Below, one piece after another: positions 11,638 through 23,385 of a DNA stretch of 64,000 nucleotides. How positions within the stretch are numbered: the stretch's first letter is position 1; every line of letters starts with the position of its first letter. The translations under genes and the position numbers were made by a program. The stretch is taken from assembly GCA_963833985.1 (NCBI GenBank), contig CAWIAD010000002.1, positions 1,568,001 through 1,632,000 of the forward strand, in the 5' to 3' direction. Source of the DNA: an uncultured Planctomycetaceae bacterium (lineage in GTDB: Bacteria > Planctomycetota > Planctomycetia > Isosphaerales > Isosphaeraceae). The notes below the pieces were generated by a model. That model did no database searches, was not told the origin of the DNA, and saw only the letters and a program-made list of their open reading frames with translations.

Positions 11638-12378
11638 CTAGAGGCGGATCAGGGCCAGCCCGCTCTGGGGATCGTGCTCCTTGTGAAGATGCTCGGGAGC
11701 TTCCACGAGCATGACCTCGAGGGTTGGCCGGACGTGAGCCTCGAGCAGGTGGCCGCCCCGCGTGCTGCCGTCGGAGCGGCCCAGCACCACGTGGGCATGG
11801 AGCTGCGGCTCGCCATGATCCAGCGCGATGTCCCCCACCAGCGAGAGCACCTCGACCTGCTCGCGGATGGGGATCTTGCGATATTCCTTCGTCTGCCAGT
11901 CAAAGTATCCGAGTGTGGCACCGGAGAAGGCTCCGATGGCCGTGAACCGCGCTCCGCCAAGATTGTTGCGGCGCGCGAATTCGCGCAGGCCGGCCACGGC
12001 CTCGTCGCCGGTCTCGAACACCACCGCGTAGGTCTTCTCGCCCCCCTGGTCCTGGATCAGCTTGGATTTCACGATGGGTTCTCCGCTTGTCGGCTCCTGG
12101 TTGATGGGATCATCGGGCGGGTTGCCCCGGCCAATCCACGTCGCCTTGCAGGTGTAGTAGACGCGTCCTGCGCGGTTGTGCCGCTCTCGGGTCACTCCGT
12201 AGCCATGACGCTGGAGCCGATCGGCGATCTGACGGATCGTGTCCTGGCCCTCGTCGATCGCGTCGAGCTGGGTGTAGCATCCCCGATCGTCCTGGCGGCC
12301 GTGCACCCGGACGCCGTGGTAGGTGTAGATGCGCCGGTCGCGCTGAACCTCGCCGGTTTCCGTGAGGATCTCTGCCAT
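11638..12378 (-). CDS. PPC/DUF296 domain protein with an in-frame ~100-aa unknown N-terminal region (or two genes; DUF296 alone from GTG 12072)
   Basis: FTAIGAFS, EVLSLVGDI, LHAHVVLG...GGHL..AHVRPTLEV; no stop between ATG 12378 and the domain. Confidence 0.8.
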   Translation of the reverse strand: MAEILTETGEVQRDRRIYTYHGVRVHGRQDDRGCYTQLDAIDEGQDTIRQIADRLQRHGYGVTRERHNRAGRVYYTCKATWIGRGNPPDDPINQEPTSGEPIVKSKLIQDQGGEKTYAVVFETGDEAVAGLREFARRNNLGGARFTAIGAFSGATLGYFDWQTKEYRKIPIREQVEVLSLVGDIALDHGEPQLHAHVVLGRSDGSTRGGHLLEAHVRPTLEVMLVEAPEHLHKEHDPQSGLALIRL

Positions 12379-12379
12379 C

Positions 12380-15300
12380 TCAGGCTCCTGGTACGCGGCC
12401 GCTCCGGGCAGGGTCCGCCTCGTGTTGTGGAGTGTGAGAACGGCCATTGCGGGCGTGGCCGTTGACTCCGTTGTCCGAGCCCGGCTTCCACTTGCCCAGA
12501 GGCTGGTAACGCTCCTCCGGCGGCACGTCCCCCGGTCCTGCGGGACCGTCGTGGAGCGCCATCTGGAGCAGTTGTGCCAGGTGCAGCGCGCCCCGGCCGG
12601 TGAGTCCGGCAATCTGCTCTCGGCAACTGAACCCGTCAGCAATGATGAGCGTGGTGGCGTCGGCATTGCGGACGGCCGGCAGCAGCACGCGCTCTCCCAC
12701 GGCGACGGAGACGTCGTAGTGTCCTGCTTCGAAGCCGAACGAGCCGGCCATGCCGCAGCAGCCGGAATTGAGGATCTCGAAGTCGAGGCCGAGATCGCGC
12801 AGCAGCATGCCCTCGTCTTTGAACCCCATCACGTGATCATGATGGCAGTGTTTCTGGACCAGGGCCTTGCGCTCCAGCCGGGGCGGGCGGAAGTGGGGTG
12901 CCTTGCGCTGGAGGAACTCGCTGAGCATGAACGTGTTGCCCGCAAGCCGACGCGCGTCCTCGTTCATGGGGAACAGGTTGACCAGCTCGTCGCGGAAGAC
13001 CGCCACGCAGCTTGGTTCCAGGCCCACGATCGGCATGCTGGACTGGATCACGGTGCTCAGGCTGTCAAGGATCTGCCGCAACAGTTTCTTGGCCGTGCCG
13101 AGCATGCCGAAGTCGTAGAGCGGGCGTCCGCAGCAAAGCGAGTGCCGGGGAATCTCGACGGAGAAGCCGGCGGCCTCGAGCACCTCCACCGCGGCGATCG
13201 CCGTCTGGGGATGGAAGTGATTGTTGAAGGTATCGGGCCAGAGCAGCACGCGCGGCCCGCCGGTATGGGGCGGCTGGTGGCGGTGGAACCAGGATCGGAA
13301 CGTTTCCGGTGCGAAGCTGGGCATCTCCCGCTGCCGCGCGATTCCACCCAGGAACTTGAGTGCGCCACCGAGCACGCGGTGATGAGACATCGCGTTGGCG
13401 AGACCCGGGGCGATGGAGGCCATCCTGGCCCACCAGTAGATCCAGCCCATCGCGTACGCGTGCCTGGGCCGCAGCCGCCACTCATAGTAGTGAGAGAAGA
13501 ATTCGGCCTTATAGGTGGCCATGTCCACGTTCATGGGGCATTCCGTGCGGCAGCCCTTGCAGGCCAGGCAGAGGTCGAGCGCCTCGCGCACCGGGTCGCT
13601 CCGCCAGCCTCCGCTCATCGGGTTGCCCTGAAACATCTCGAAGAGCAGGTGGGCGCGTCCGCGGGTGCAGTCCTTCTCCTCCTTGGTCACCATGTAGCTG
13701 GGGCACATGGTCCCGTTCTGTTCCTTGCGGCACTCGCCGATGCCCACGCACCGCTCGGTGGCGTAGGAGAAGCTCCCCTTGTCGTCCGGAAACCGGAAAT
13801 GGGTCTCGAGCTGAGGCGGGTTGTAGTGTGGCCCCAGCCGGAGGTTCTCTCCGGGCAGGTACGGGTCCACCACCTTGTGCGGGTTCATCGCGTTGGTCGG
13901 GTCCCAGATCGCCTTGAACTCGCCGAAGGCGCGGACCAGCTCGCTGCCGAACATCTTGGGCAGGAGCGCCGCCTTGGACTGGCCGTCGCCGTGCTCGCCG
14001 GAGATCGAACCGCCGTAGGCAACCACCATGTCCCCCGCCTCGTCGAGGAACTTGCGGTACTGCTGCACTCCCTCGACGGTCTTCAGGTCAAAATCGATTC
14101 GTGTGTGGATGCATCCCTGGCCAAAGTGACCGTACAGGGAGCAGCCGTAGCCGTACTTCTTGAGCAGCTTGCGGAGATCGCGAAGGTAGTCGCCGACCCG
14201 ATCCGGCGGCACGGCCGAGTCTTCCCACCCCTCCCAGGCGTCTTTCTCACCGGGAATACGGGCCGTGGCTCCCAGGCCCGATTCGCGCACTTTCCATAGG
14301 TGCTCCTCTTCGGCCTCGTCGTCGAATAGCTTCATCGAAGGAGCGTTCTCCTTCGACTTCAGCCGATCCATGAGCTGGTGCGCCTTGTCGTCGGCCTCCT
14401 CCTTGCTCTCACCGCCGAACTCGACGAGCAGCCAGCCCCCGCCCGCCGGGAGAAGTGTGATGTCCTGCGGGTGGATGCCCTTCCGCTTCATGTCCCTGAC
14501 CAGGACGTCGTCCAGCCCCTCGAGGCCGGTCGGACGGAACTCGAGGACATCCGGCACGTGGTCCCCGGCGGCGTAAACGTCGGGATAACCGAGGACGAGC
14601 ACCGACTTGACGGCCGGGCTATGAACCAGGTGCAGGCTGGCTTCGAGCATCGTCACGCACGTTCCCTCGGTTCCCGCCAGCGCCCGGGCCACGTGGAACC
14701 CGCGCTCGGGCAGGAGGTCGTCGAGGTTGTAGCCGGAGACCCGGCGCGGCAGGTTCCTGGGATAGCGGAGGCGGATCTCCTCGGCGTAGCGGTCCCGCAG
14801 GTCGCGTAGCTTGCTGTAGATCTCGCTGCGGCGCGAGCCCTCGGCAATGATCTTCTCGAGCTCCTCCTCCGTGGTGGCTCCCACGGTCATCCGGGTGCCG
14901 TCGTAGAGCAAGATGTCCAGCTCATGCACCTGGTCGGACGTTCGCCCGGTGCCCAGGCCCATGAGCGAATGCACACCGCAGGAATTGTTGCCGATCATCC
15001 CCCCCAGCGTATTGTGCGTGTGCGTGGAGGGGTCCGGGGCAAAGGTGAGGTGGTGTTTCTCGGCATCCCGGCGCAGGACGTCCAGCACCGTACCCGGCTG
15101 AACCCGCGCGAGCTTCTTCTGCGGATCGATCGACAGGACCCTGTTGAGGTACTTGGACCAGTCCATGACCACGGCCACATTGCAGCAACCGCCGGTCAAG
15201 CTGGTTCCGCCACCGCGCAAAGGATCGGAGCGCCGCGGTCCCGGCAGATCCTCACGGTCCGGATCACGTCCTCCACCGTCCGAGGAATGACCACGCCGAT

Positions 15301-15480
15301 GGGCACCTGGCGGTAGTTCGAGCCGTCGGTGGCATAGAGGGCGCGGCTGCCCGCGTCGAATCGCACCTCTCCATCGAGCGCTTCGCGAAGCTGGGCGGCC
15401 AGCGCCGAGGCGTCGACGAAGAGCGGCCCTTTGCGCCGGTCGGCCGCGGTTCTGCCGTTGCTCTCGTTCCCCATGGTCAT
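12380..15480 (-). CDS. FAD-linked oxidase / Fe-S (GlcD-GlcF-GlpC type) fusion dehydrogenase (frameshift near 15210)
   Basis: YATDGSNY, RGGGTSL, GGMIGNNSCG, GEHGDG, CVGIGEC, CLACKGCRTECP, CCG motifs. Confidence 0.92.
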
Positions 15481-15507
15481 CAGGCTTTCCTCATCGCGGG
15501 TCCCGGA

Positions 15508-16629
15508 TCAGACGGAGTAATGCTGAGCGTCCTTGCGCTTCAGCTCGATGCCCAACCCGGGGCGGCTCAGGTCGGGGTACAGCTTGCCGGCTCGCGGCAC
15601 TGGGGCGCCGTCGAAGAGCATGTGCTCGATCCGATCGTGGTCGTGGAAGTACTCGAGATGCCGCAGGTTCGGCAGCGCGCAGGCGGCGTGGAGGTGCAGG
15701 GTCGGCGCGCAATGCCCGGAGAGGGCCAATCCCCGAGCCTGGCAGAGGGCGCCTACCCTCAGGAACTCGGTGATGCCTCCGCATCGTGTCCCGTCTGCCT
15801 GCAACACGTCCACCGCGCCGGCGTCGAGCATCCTCCGGAAATAAAACAGGTCATAACCATATTCGCCGGCGGTGATGTCCATTCCCGCGGGGCCGCGGTC
15901 GCGGATCAGCCGCAGCCCCTCGAGATCGTCCGAGGAGACGGGCTCCTCGAACCAGGAGACGCCCAGCCGGGCGAACGCGTCTGCCTTGTGGAGGGCCTGT
16001 TTTCGGGAATACGCCCCGTTTGCGTCGACGAACAGCTCGGCTTCCCGGCCGATGGCCTGGCGGGCGGCCTCGACCCGGCGCAGGTCCGCTTCCGGCTCGC
16101 GGCCGATCTTCATTTTCACGCGCGGGATACCCGCCGTCACCCAGCCGCCAAGCTGGTTCTGAAGCTGCTCGACGGAATACGAGGTGAACCCTCCGCTGCC
16201 GTAGACCGGTACGGAATCCTGGGCGGCTCCCAGCAGGACCACCAGCGGCAGCCCGAGCAGCCGGGCCTTCAGGTCCCAGAGCGCGGAGTCCACCGCCGAG
16301 ATCGCCATGGAGGAGACCCCCGGGCGGCCGAGATTTCGAATGGCCCCCGCCATGGCCGACCACGCGGCCGGTACGTTCATGGCGTCTCGCCCTTGGACCA
16401 CCCCGGCGAGCATGCTCTGGATGAGCGTGCCCGTGGCCGTGTCGGCATAGCTGTAGCCGAGCCCCGTGATCCCACCGCCGGACGCTTCGACAATGACCAG
16501 CGTGGTTGCCTGCCACTGGTACGTGCCGTCGGATTCCGGCAGATCCGTGGGGACCCTGTACGCCGAAACCCGTAGGGCGTCGATGGCGACTCGCGGATAG
16601 TCCGTCTGGTTCCTGGTTTCCTGACTCAT
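15508..16629 (-). CDS. Mandelate racemase/muconate-lactonizing (enolase superfamily) protein
   Basis: AISAVDSALWDLKA, KMK, VDANG, WFEEP, AGEY, GHC. Confidence 0.9.
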   Translation of the reverse strand: MSQETRNQTDYPRVAIDALRVSAYRVPTDLPESDGTYQWQATTLVIVEASGGGITGLGYSYADTATGTLIQSMLAGVVQGRDAMNVPAAWSAMAGAIRNLGRPGVSSMAISAVDSALWDLKARLLGLPLVVLLGAAQDSVPVYGSGGFTSYSVEQLQNQLGGWVTAGIPRVKMKIGREPEADLRRVEAARQAIGREAELFVDANGAYSRKQALHKADAFARLGVSWFEEPVSSDDLEGLRLIRDRGPAGMDITAGEYGYDLFYFRRMLDAGAVDVLQADGTRCGGITEFLRVGALCQARGLALSGHCAPTLHLHAACALPNLRHLEYFHDHDRIEHMLFDGAPVPRAGKLYPDLSRPGLGIELKRKDAQHYSV

Positions 16630-16639
16630 GACACCCCGG

Positions 16640-18391
16640 CTACTTCACGAGTTCCATGACCTTGTCGCGGAACAGCGTGGTCGCGATCCGCACGCGGTTC
16701 GGCTCGCCCCGCGCCAGCGATTCGGCCAGGTGCAGCGCCTGCTTGGGCGTGGCACGGGCGGGCAGGGGAGGCTCGAACGGGTCGACAACGGCTTCGACGA
16801 GTGCCGGCTTCTTCGACTGGAAGGCCATCTCGAGCGCCGGGCGAACTTCATCGGGCCGCTCGCAGTGGAAACCAACGCCACCACAGGCTTCAGCGAACTT
16901 CACGAAATCGATGGGTTGGAGCTCGACGCCGTATTCGGGATTGCCCAGGAAGACCATCTGCTCCCATTTGATCTGCCCGAGCACGTTGTTCTTGATGACG
17001 ATCACCTTGATGGGCAGCTTGTGCTTGACTGCGGTGATGAACTCGCAGCCGAGCATGGTGAAGCCGCCGTCGCCGACAAAGGCGACAACTTGCCGATCAG
17101 GGAAGGCCACCTGGGCTGCGTTCGCGTAGGGCAGGCCGGGCGCCATCGTGGCGAGGTTGCCGGAGCACGAGAATTGCATGCCCCGACGGATCTTGAGATG
17201 CCGCGCCGCCCAGGTGGTAATGGTCCCGGAGTCGGTGGTGATGATGGCATTGTCGGCCAGCATGTCGTTGACATGCCTGGCTATCACCTGCGGCTTCATG
17301 GGCGTGTCGTCGCGGGTCTCGCGGGTTCGCATCGAGCTCCCACCACTCTTTCATGCGGTCCTGGGCGGTCTTGAGGAACGAGCGGTCGGACCGGCGCTCC
17401 AGCAGGGGCAAGAGCGCTTCGAGCGTGGCGCCGGCGTCGCCGCAGAGCCCGATGTCGATGGGATAACGCAGACCCAGCCGGGTGGGGTCGCGGTCAATCT
17501 GCACGCCCCGCGCCTGACCCGGCTTGGGCAGGTACGCCATGTAGGGAAAGCTCGTTCCCACGAGCAGGAGGCTGTCGCACTCCTCCATCGCCTGCTCCGA
17601 GGGCAAGGTACCCAGGAGGCCCAGCCCGCCGGTGGTGAACGGGCTGTCGTCCGGAACCACGGCCTTGCCCAGCAGCGCCTTGACGATGGGCGCACCCAGC
17701 GTGTCGGCCACCTTCTCCAGCGTGTCGCCGGCGCCCATCGCGCCCTGACCCGTGAGGATGACCGTGCGCTTCGTACTGTTCAGGATCGCGGCCGCAGTTT
17801 TGATGGTCTCGGCTTCCGGCACGACCGTCGGCGGCCTCCAGGCCACGGCGGTGTGCCCCTTGACCATCATGTCCGACGATTCCTCGTCGGTCAGTTCCTG
17901 CCAGTCGTTGGGGCAGTTCAGATGCGCGACGCCCCGCCGGGAAAGCGCGGTGCGGCAGGCGGCGTCCACCAGCGAGTGAGCGTGCCGGGGGCCGTTGATC
18001 TGCTGGTTGTACACCGTCACGTCCTCGAACAGACCTAGCAGGTTGACTTCCTGCTGATAGTGCATGCCCATGAGGTCGTGATAGGTCTGTCCCGTGATGG
18101 CCAGCACGGGCGCGCCGTCCATCTTGGCGTCGTACAGCCCGTTCAGCAGGTGGATGGCACCGGGTCCGCTGGTGGCGATGCAGACGCCCAGGCGCCGGTG
18201 AACTTGGCGTAGCCGCAGGCCATGAACGCCGCGCCTTCTTCATGACGCACCTGCACGAAGCGGATCCTGTCGCGGCACTCACGCAGACCTTCCATGAACC
18301 CATTGATGCCGTCACCGGGTAAGCCGAAGATGACATCGACGCCCCAGGCCATCAGGCGCTCAAAGATCACATCCGAAGTCGTCTTGGCCAT
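16640..18391 (-). CDS. poxB: TPP-dependent pyruvate oxidase/dehydrogenase, PoxB-like (frameshifts near 17335 and 18190)
   Basis: IFGLPGDGING, VRHEEGAAFMACGYAK, GLGLLGT, GDGGF..(N) TPP motif. Confidence 0.85.
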
Positions 18392-18556
18392 CTCAGGTGC
18401 GCTCCTTTTCTGGGACATCGACCGAAGCGGAGATCGCGTCCCTTCCATGAACGCGACTTCAGGGCCCGGCCTCTGCGGGTGGGGCGACATGCCGGCTTCG
18501 CCCCCAGCCCCGCCGGTCTTGATGGAAATCCACGTAGAACGAGCAATTCCCGATCA

Positions 18557-18572
18557 AGCAAACGGCTTGCCA
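18557..18572 (-). promoter_or_regulatory. sigma54 (-24/-12) promoter of the poxB-led operon
   Basis: Minus strand TGGCAAGCCGTTTGCT with exact GG-N10-GC spacing, ~165 nt upstream of the poxB-like ATG. Confidence 0.7.
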
Positions 18573-18691
18573 AGGCGCGCCGATCATCAGACGTTGCGGC
18601 ACGCTTCACTTCATGAGCCCCAGGTACCGGCCCGCTGCGGATTGGCACGGAACGTGATGTCCCACTGCACGTGCTCGCGGGGAGGCAAATC

Positions 18692-19573
18692 ATGAGCGGT
18701 GGTAGAGCTTCGGTGACGGTGGTGATGATCACGCATAACCGCCGGGAGGAGGTCTTGCGGTCGCTGGCTCACCTCGAGAGGATGCCCGAGCAGCCGACCA
18801 TCGTGGTCGTCGACAACGGGTCCGGCGACGGGACGGCTTCGGCGGTCGCCAGCCGCTTTCCTCTGGTGAAGCTGGTTCGGCTGGAGGAGAACCGTGGTGC
18901 CGCGGGCCGGACGGTGGGTGTGCATCAGGCAGGCACTCCCTATGTCGCGTTTTGCGACGACGACACCTGGTGGGAGGACGGGGCGCTGGCCCTTGCCGCG
19001 GCACTCTTCACCGCACACTCGCGGCTTGCCGTGATCACCGCACGCATCCTGGTTGGGCCCGAGAACCGTGAAGACCCGATTTGCGCCGAGCTGGCGCGAA
19101 GCCCGCTGCCGGACGAGCCCGAGCTGCCCGGCCATCCGCTCCTCGGTTTCCTGGCGGGTGCCTCGGTGATCCGCTGCTCCGCGTTCCTCGAGGCCGGCGG
19201 ATTCGAGGAGCGCTACTGTATCGGTGGAGAAGAAGAGTTGCTGGCGCTCGATCTGGCCGCCCGGGGTTGGCTGCTGCGCTATGTCCCGGAGCTGGTGGTG
19301 CATCACCATCCCTCTCCGCTCCGCGATGCCGCGGGCCGGCGCCATGCGCTGCTTCGCAATGCACTCTGGTCGGCGTGGCTGCGGCGCCCGCTCGGGAGTG
19401 CCCTGCGGCAGTCGATTCGCCTCATCCGCAGCTCACCCCGCAGCCGGACGGCGATCCTCGGCGTGGGGCACGCGCTGGCGGGGCTGCCCTGGGTCCTCCG
19501 GAATCGCCAGGTCGTCCCGCCCTGTGTGGAGGAGGGCCTGTGTCTGCTCGATTCCCACCGGCCCGCGTCATGA
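18692..19573 (+). CDS. Glycosyltransferase family 2
   Basis: VVMITHNR, VVDNGSGDGT, AFCDDD, GGEE. Confidence 0.9.
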   Translation: MSGGRASVTVVMITHNRREEVLRSLAHLERMPEQPTIVVVDNGSGDGTASAVASRFPLVKLVRLEENRGAAGRTVGVHQAGTPYVAFCDDDTWWEDGALALAAALFTAHSRLAVITARILVGPENREDPICAELARSPLPDEPELPGHPLLGFLAGASVIRCSAFLEAGGFEERYCIGGEEELLALDLAARGWLLRYVPELVVHHHPSPLRDAAGRRHALLRNALWSAWLRRPLGSALRQSIRLIRSSPRSRTAILGVGHALAGLPWVLRNRQVVPPCVEEGLCLLDSHRPAS

Positions 19574-19641
19574 GCTGCCGACGTGAGCAACCCGCGGCGA
19601 AGATCACGCGTCGGACGCCCGCGACCGAGGAGCGTTGATAG

Positions 19642-20797
19642 ATGTTCTTTAATACGGATATCAAGGCAAACCTGCTGCCGCGGGGCACGCTCTGCCTGAC
19701 GTACGACGACGGCCCGGGCCAGTCCGCCCAGGAAGGCTCAGGCCCGCGTACGCTCGAGCTTGCGAGCTACCTGCACGAACAGGAAATACCGGCGACGTTC
19801 TTTGTGCTTGGCAGCCACGCCGCGAAGTATCCCGGATACCTCGGCCAGCTCAGTCGGTGGAAGCACACGATTGGCAATCACACGACCAGCCATCCGGGCC
19901 TTGTGGGCCTGGCGGCAAGCGGAGGCGACGTCGTCCTCGAGGTCGCCCGTACGGCCGAACTCATCGCCGCCGAGACGTCGCCGCCGGTCGTGTTCTTTCG
20001 CCCGCCCTATGGAAACTGGAGGGAGACGTCCGGATCGGGCAAGAATGGCGACAAGCCGATGTCGATTGTGGCCCGGGTCCTGAACGGCTCGGCGCTGGCT
20101 CGAACGCACGTCGGCCCCATTAACTGGGACATCTCCGGGCATGACTACGATTACTGGCGGCAGCAACGGTCGGCGGACGAATGCGCTGCCGAATACCTGG
20201 CCGAGATCGATCGTGTGGGCCGTGGCATCGTCCTGCTCCACGATAGTTCCGAGGATCCCGGGATACGCGATCGGAATTGCACGTTCGAGCTGACGCGGCG
20301 GATCATTCCTCCGCTCAAGCGTCTCGGTTACAGGTTCATCGCGCTGGATGCCATTCCCCAGGTGCGTTCCGCGGTGCGGGTGGAACGGCAAATCGCCTTG
20401 CAGGCCGAAAACGGCCGGCTTGTGACCACGGGGACCGGGGACGGCGTCCTGCGCCAGCAGCACGGCGATTGGCCCGGCTGAGCAGTTCGGAGTTGTCAAC
20501 CTGGGAGACAGCCGGTTCGCCCTGCGTGCATCCACCGGGGTATTCATCTCGCTCCGAGAAGCGGATGGTTTTTTCACTGCGGGAGCAGCCGCCATCGGCG
20601 ATCACGAGGTCATCCACGCCATCGCAGCCGACGGCCAGCGAATCGCCCTGAAGAGCGCGACAGCCGGCATCATCGCCATCGATCCGAAGGATGAGACGCT
20701 CCGCTGTGGTGGTGGTCCCTTCATGGCGGATTGCTTGTTCCGGGAGATCGACCTCTTCAGCCCGGACCCGGGAGTACTGCCGCTCTCCGGCTCGTAG
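19642..20797 (+). CDS. Polysaccharide deacetylase (NodB/CE4) fused to a fascin-like beta-trefoil (frameshift near 20455)
   Basis: LTYDDGP, GNHTTSH, FRPPYG, VLLHD; then IALQAENGRLV / EQFGVVNLGDSRFALRASTG / RIALKSA repeats; TAG at 20795-20797. Confidence 0.8.
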
Positions 20798-21275
20798 ACG
20801 ACTCATGCACCTCTTCAAAGCGGCGGATTGTGTCATCATGGTGACACCCTGCGCAGGCCAATGCGCATGCGTGCGAACCATGGCACGCGGCAGATGCCAG
20901 CCGGAATTGACCTGGACGCGGGCGCAGGATAGGGCGGGCCGGTGCGAGCGACCGGGGCGGTTGTCTTCATATGCGTGTTGGTATGAGAATTGCCCTGAAG
21001 ACAGCACCGAGATCGGTTGTCGGTGTCCCGACTCGCCGGTTCGGTGGTGAGATGTCATAGGTGAATGAAGCTTCATCTGAGACCAGGAGAACGAGGATGA
21101 CCTGGGCGCCGGGGCACAAGCGCGTGTCGTCTCCAGGCCCAACTGTAGGTCGCTACAGCCAGGTCAAACCAGCAGGGACGGATCACAACTGCCATTCCTG
21201 AACCAAGATCCGTTCGTCACTCGTTCCTGTTCGCGATTCACACGAGATTTCAGGTCGATACAAGGGGCGATCACG

Positions 21276-22397
21276 ATGGCATTGCACCGTCTCGGGGAGC
21301 GGTCTCCCCGTCGTGTCGCGATTCTCCGCGCCTTGCAGCTCGGCGATATGCTCTGCGCCGTCCCTGCGCTGCGGGCCATCCGCGCCGCGTTGCCGGACGC
21401 GGCGCTTGTGCTCATCGGCCTTCCCTGGGCACGCGCTTTCGTTCAAAGATATTCCATTTATCTCGATGAATTCCGAGAGTTTCCCGGCTATCCGGGCCTT
21501 CCCGAGCGGCCGCCCCGGCCCGACCTGATTCCGCCCTTCCTCCAGGAAATGCAGTCCGAGAGCTTCGACCTCATTATCCAGATGCACGGGAGTGGAACGA
21601 TCACCAACCCGTTGACGGTCCTCATGGGCGCGGTGATGACCGCTGGCTTTTACCAGCCCGGCGGTTACCGCCCCGATCCGGAGCGTTATCTGCCCTATCC
21701 GGAAACGGGCCTGGAGATCGATCGGCTGCTGGCGCTCGTGGAGTTTCTGGGCATCCCCGCACAGGGAACGGAGCTGGAATTCCCGCTCACACCGGCAGAC
21801 CACGCCCGGCTGGAGACGGTCCCCCATGCCAGCGAGCTGGAACCCGGGCGGTACGTCTGCGTGCACGTTGGCGCCAGCACCGCGGCGCGGCGGTGGCAGC
21901 CGGAATATTTTGCCAGGGTTGCCGACTGGCTCCTGGAACGCGGGCTGACGGTCGTGCTCACGGGAACTGCCGCCGAGGCCGGGCTGACCGCCGAGGTTGA
22001 GAACCAGGTCTCCGGTCACGTGATCAATCTGGCCGGGGCCACCGACCTGGGGAGCCTGGGGCAACTTCTGAGCCGGGCGGCCATGCTGGTCTGCAATGAC
22101 ACCGGCGTGTCCCATCTGGCCGACGCGCTGCGGGTGCCCAGCGTGGTGATCTCCACCGCAGATCACCCCGCGCGGTGGGCCCCGCGTGACACGAGCAGGC
22201 ATCGGGTGCTCTGCCGGGCGGAGACGGTGCCCGTGCAGGACGTGATCGAGCAGGTAAGCCTGATCCTCTCCCATCATCGCGAACGCACCGCGGCAGGCTC
22301 TTCGGGCAAGCAGGCGGCCCTGTCCGCCCCGGCCAGCGCTGGCTTCCCAGCGCGCCGCTCTTGCGGCCGCTGGGTCACGGAGACCATATCCCCATGA
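21276..22397 (+). CDS. Glycosyltransferase family 9 (heptosyltransferase-like)
   Basis: RALQLGDML, HVGAS..RRW, CNDTGVSHLADA. Confidence 0.9.
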   Translation: MALHRLGERSPRRVAILRALQLGDMLCAVPALRAIRAALPDAALVLIGLPWARAFVQRYSIYLDEFREFPGYPGLPERPPRPDLIPPFLQEMQSESFDLIIQMHGSGTITNPLTVLMGAVMTAGFYQPGGYRPDPERYLPYPETGLEIDRLLALVEFLGIPAQGTELEFPLTPADHARLETVPHASELEPGRYVCVHVGASTAARRWQPEYFARVADWLLERGLTVVLTGTAAEAGLTAEVENQVSGHVINLAGATDLGSLGQLLSRAAMLVCNDTGVSHLADALRVPSVVISTADHPARWAPRDTSRHRVLCRAETVPVQDVIEQVSLILSHHRERTAAGSSGKQAALSAPASAGFPARRSCGRWVTETISP

Positions 22398-23385
22398 GAC
22401 CCTTACGAATCCTGACCTGGCACGTTCATGGAAACTATCTCTACTACCTCTCGCACTGCGGGCAGGAGCTGTACTTGCCCGTACGTCCCGGGCGGCCCGA
22501 GGGCCATGGAGGCCGCGGCACCAGCTTCCCCTGGGCCGACAACGTCATCGACGTCCCGGCCGAGGCCGTCGCCTCCATGGACTTTGACTGCGTGCTCTTC
22601 CAGTCCCGGCGCAACTACTGCCAGGACCAGCACGAGCTGCTCTCGAAATCCCAGCGCAGGCTGCCGCGGATCTACGTTGAGCATGACCCTCCCCGCGAAC
22701 ATCCGACCGACACGCGGCACCCCGTGGATGATCCGAATGTCCTGCTGGTACACGTGACTCATTTCAACAACCTGATGTGGAATAGCGGCCGCACGCCGAC
22801 CCGCGTCATCGAGCACGGGGTCGTCGTGCCCCCGAACGTGCATTACCGGGGCGACATCGCCCGCGGTCTCGTGGTCATCAATAATCTTCAGTCCCGGGGC
22901 CGCCGGCTGGGTGCCGATCTCTTTGAGCGCGTGCGCGACCATGTGCCGCTGGATCTGGTGGGGATGGAATCCAAGGCGCTGGGCGGTCTGGGAGAGGTCC
23001 CGCCGCCGGAGCTGCCGGCCTTCGCCGCACGCTACCGGTTCTTCTTCAATCCGATCCGCTACACCAGCCTGGGGCTGGCCGTGTGTGAGGCAATGATGAT
23101 CGGCATGCCGGTCATTGGACTGGCAACCACGGAGATGGTCACGGTGGTGGAGAGCGGGGTCTCGGGATACCTGGACACCGCGGTCGAGCCACTGGTGGAG
23201 AAGATGCGCGAGCTGCTGAACGATCCCGCCGAGGCCCGTGCCCTGGGCAGGTTGCGCGCCGCCACGCGGAGCGGCGCTTCGCCATCAGCCGGTTCGCGCT
23301 TGACTGGAATGACGCATTCGGGCTGGTGACCGGCAAGAAAGCCGGCACGGAAGTGCCTTTGATCACCGGGAGAGCCGCATCATGA
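22394..23385 (+). CDS. Glycosyltransferase family 4-like (frameshift near 23250)
   Basis: ILTWHVHGNYLYYL, NPIRYTSLGLAVCEAMMIGMPV; shifted frame ends in ATGA overlap at 23382-23385. Confidence 0.85.

Noticed and set aside
10408..14299. Long plus-strand ORFs (685 and 645 aa)
   Set aside because: Antisense shadows of motif-bearing minus-strand genes, expected in high-GC DNA
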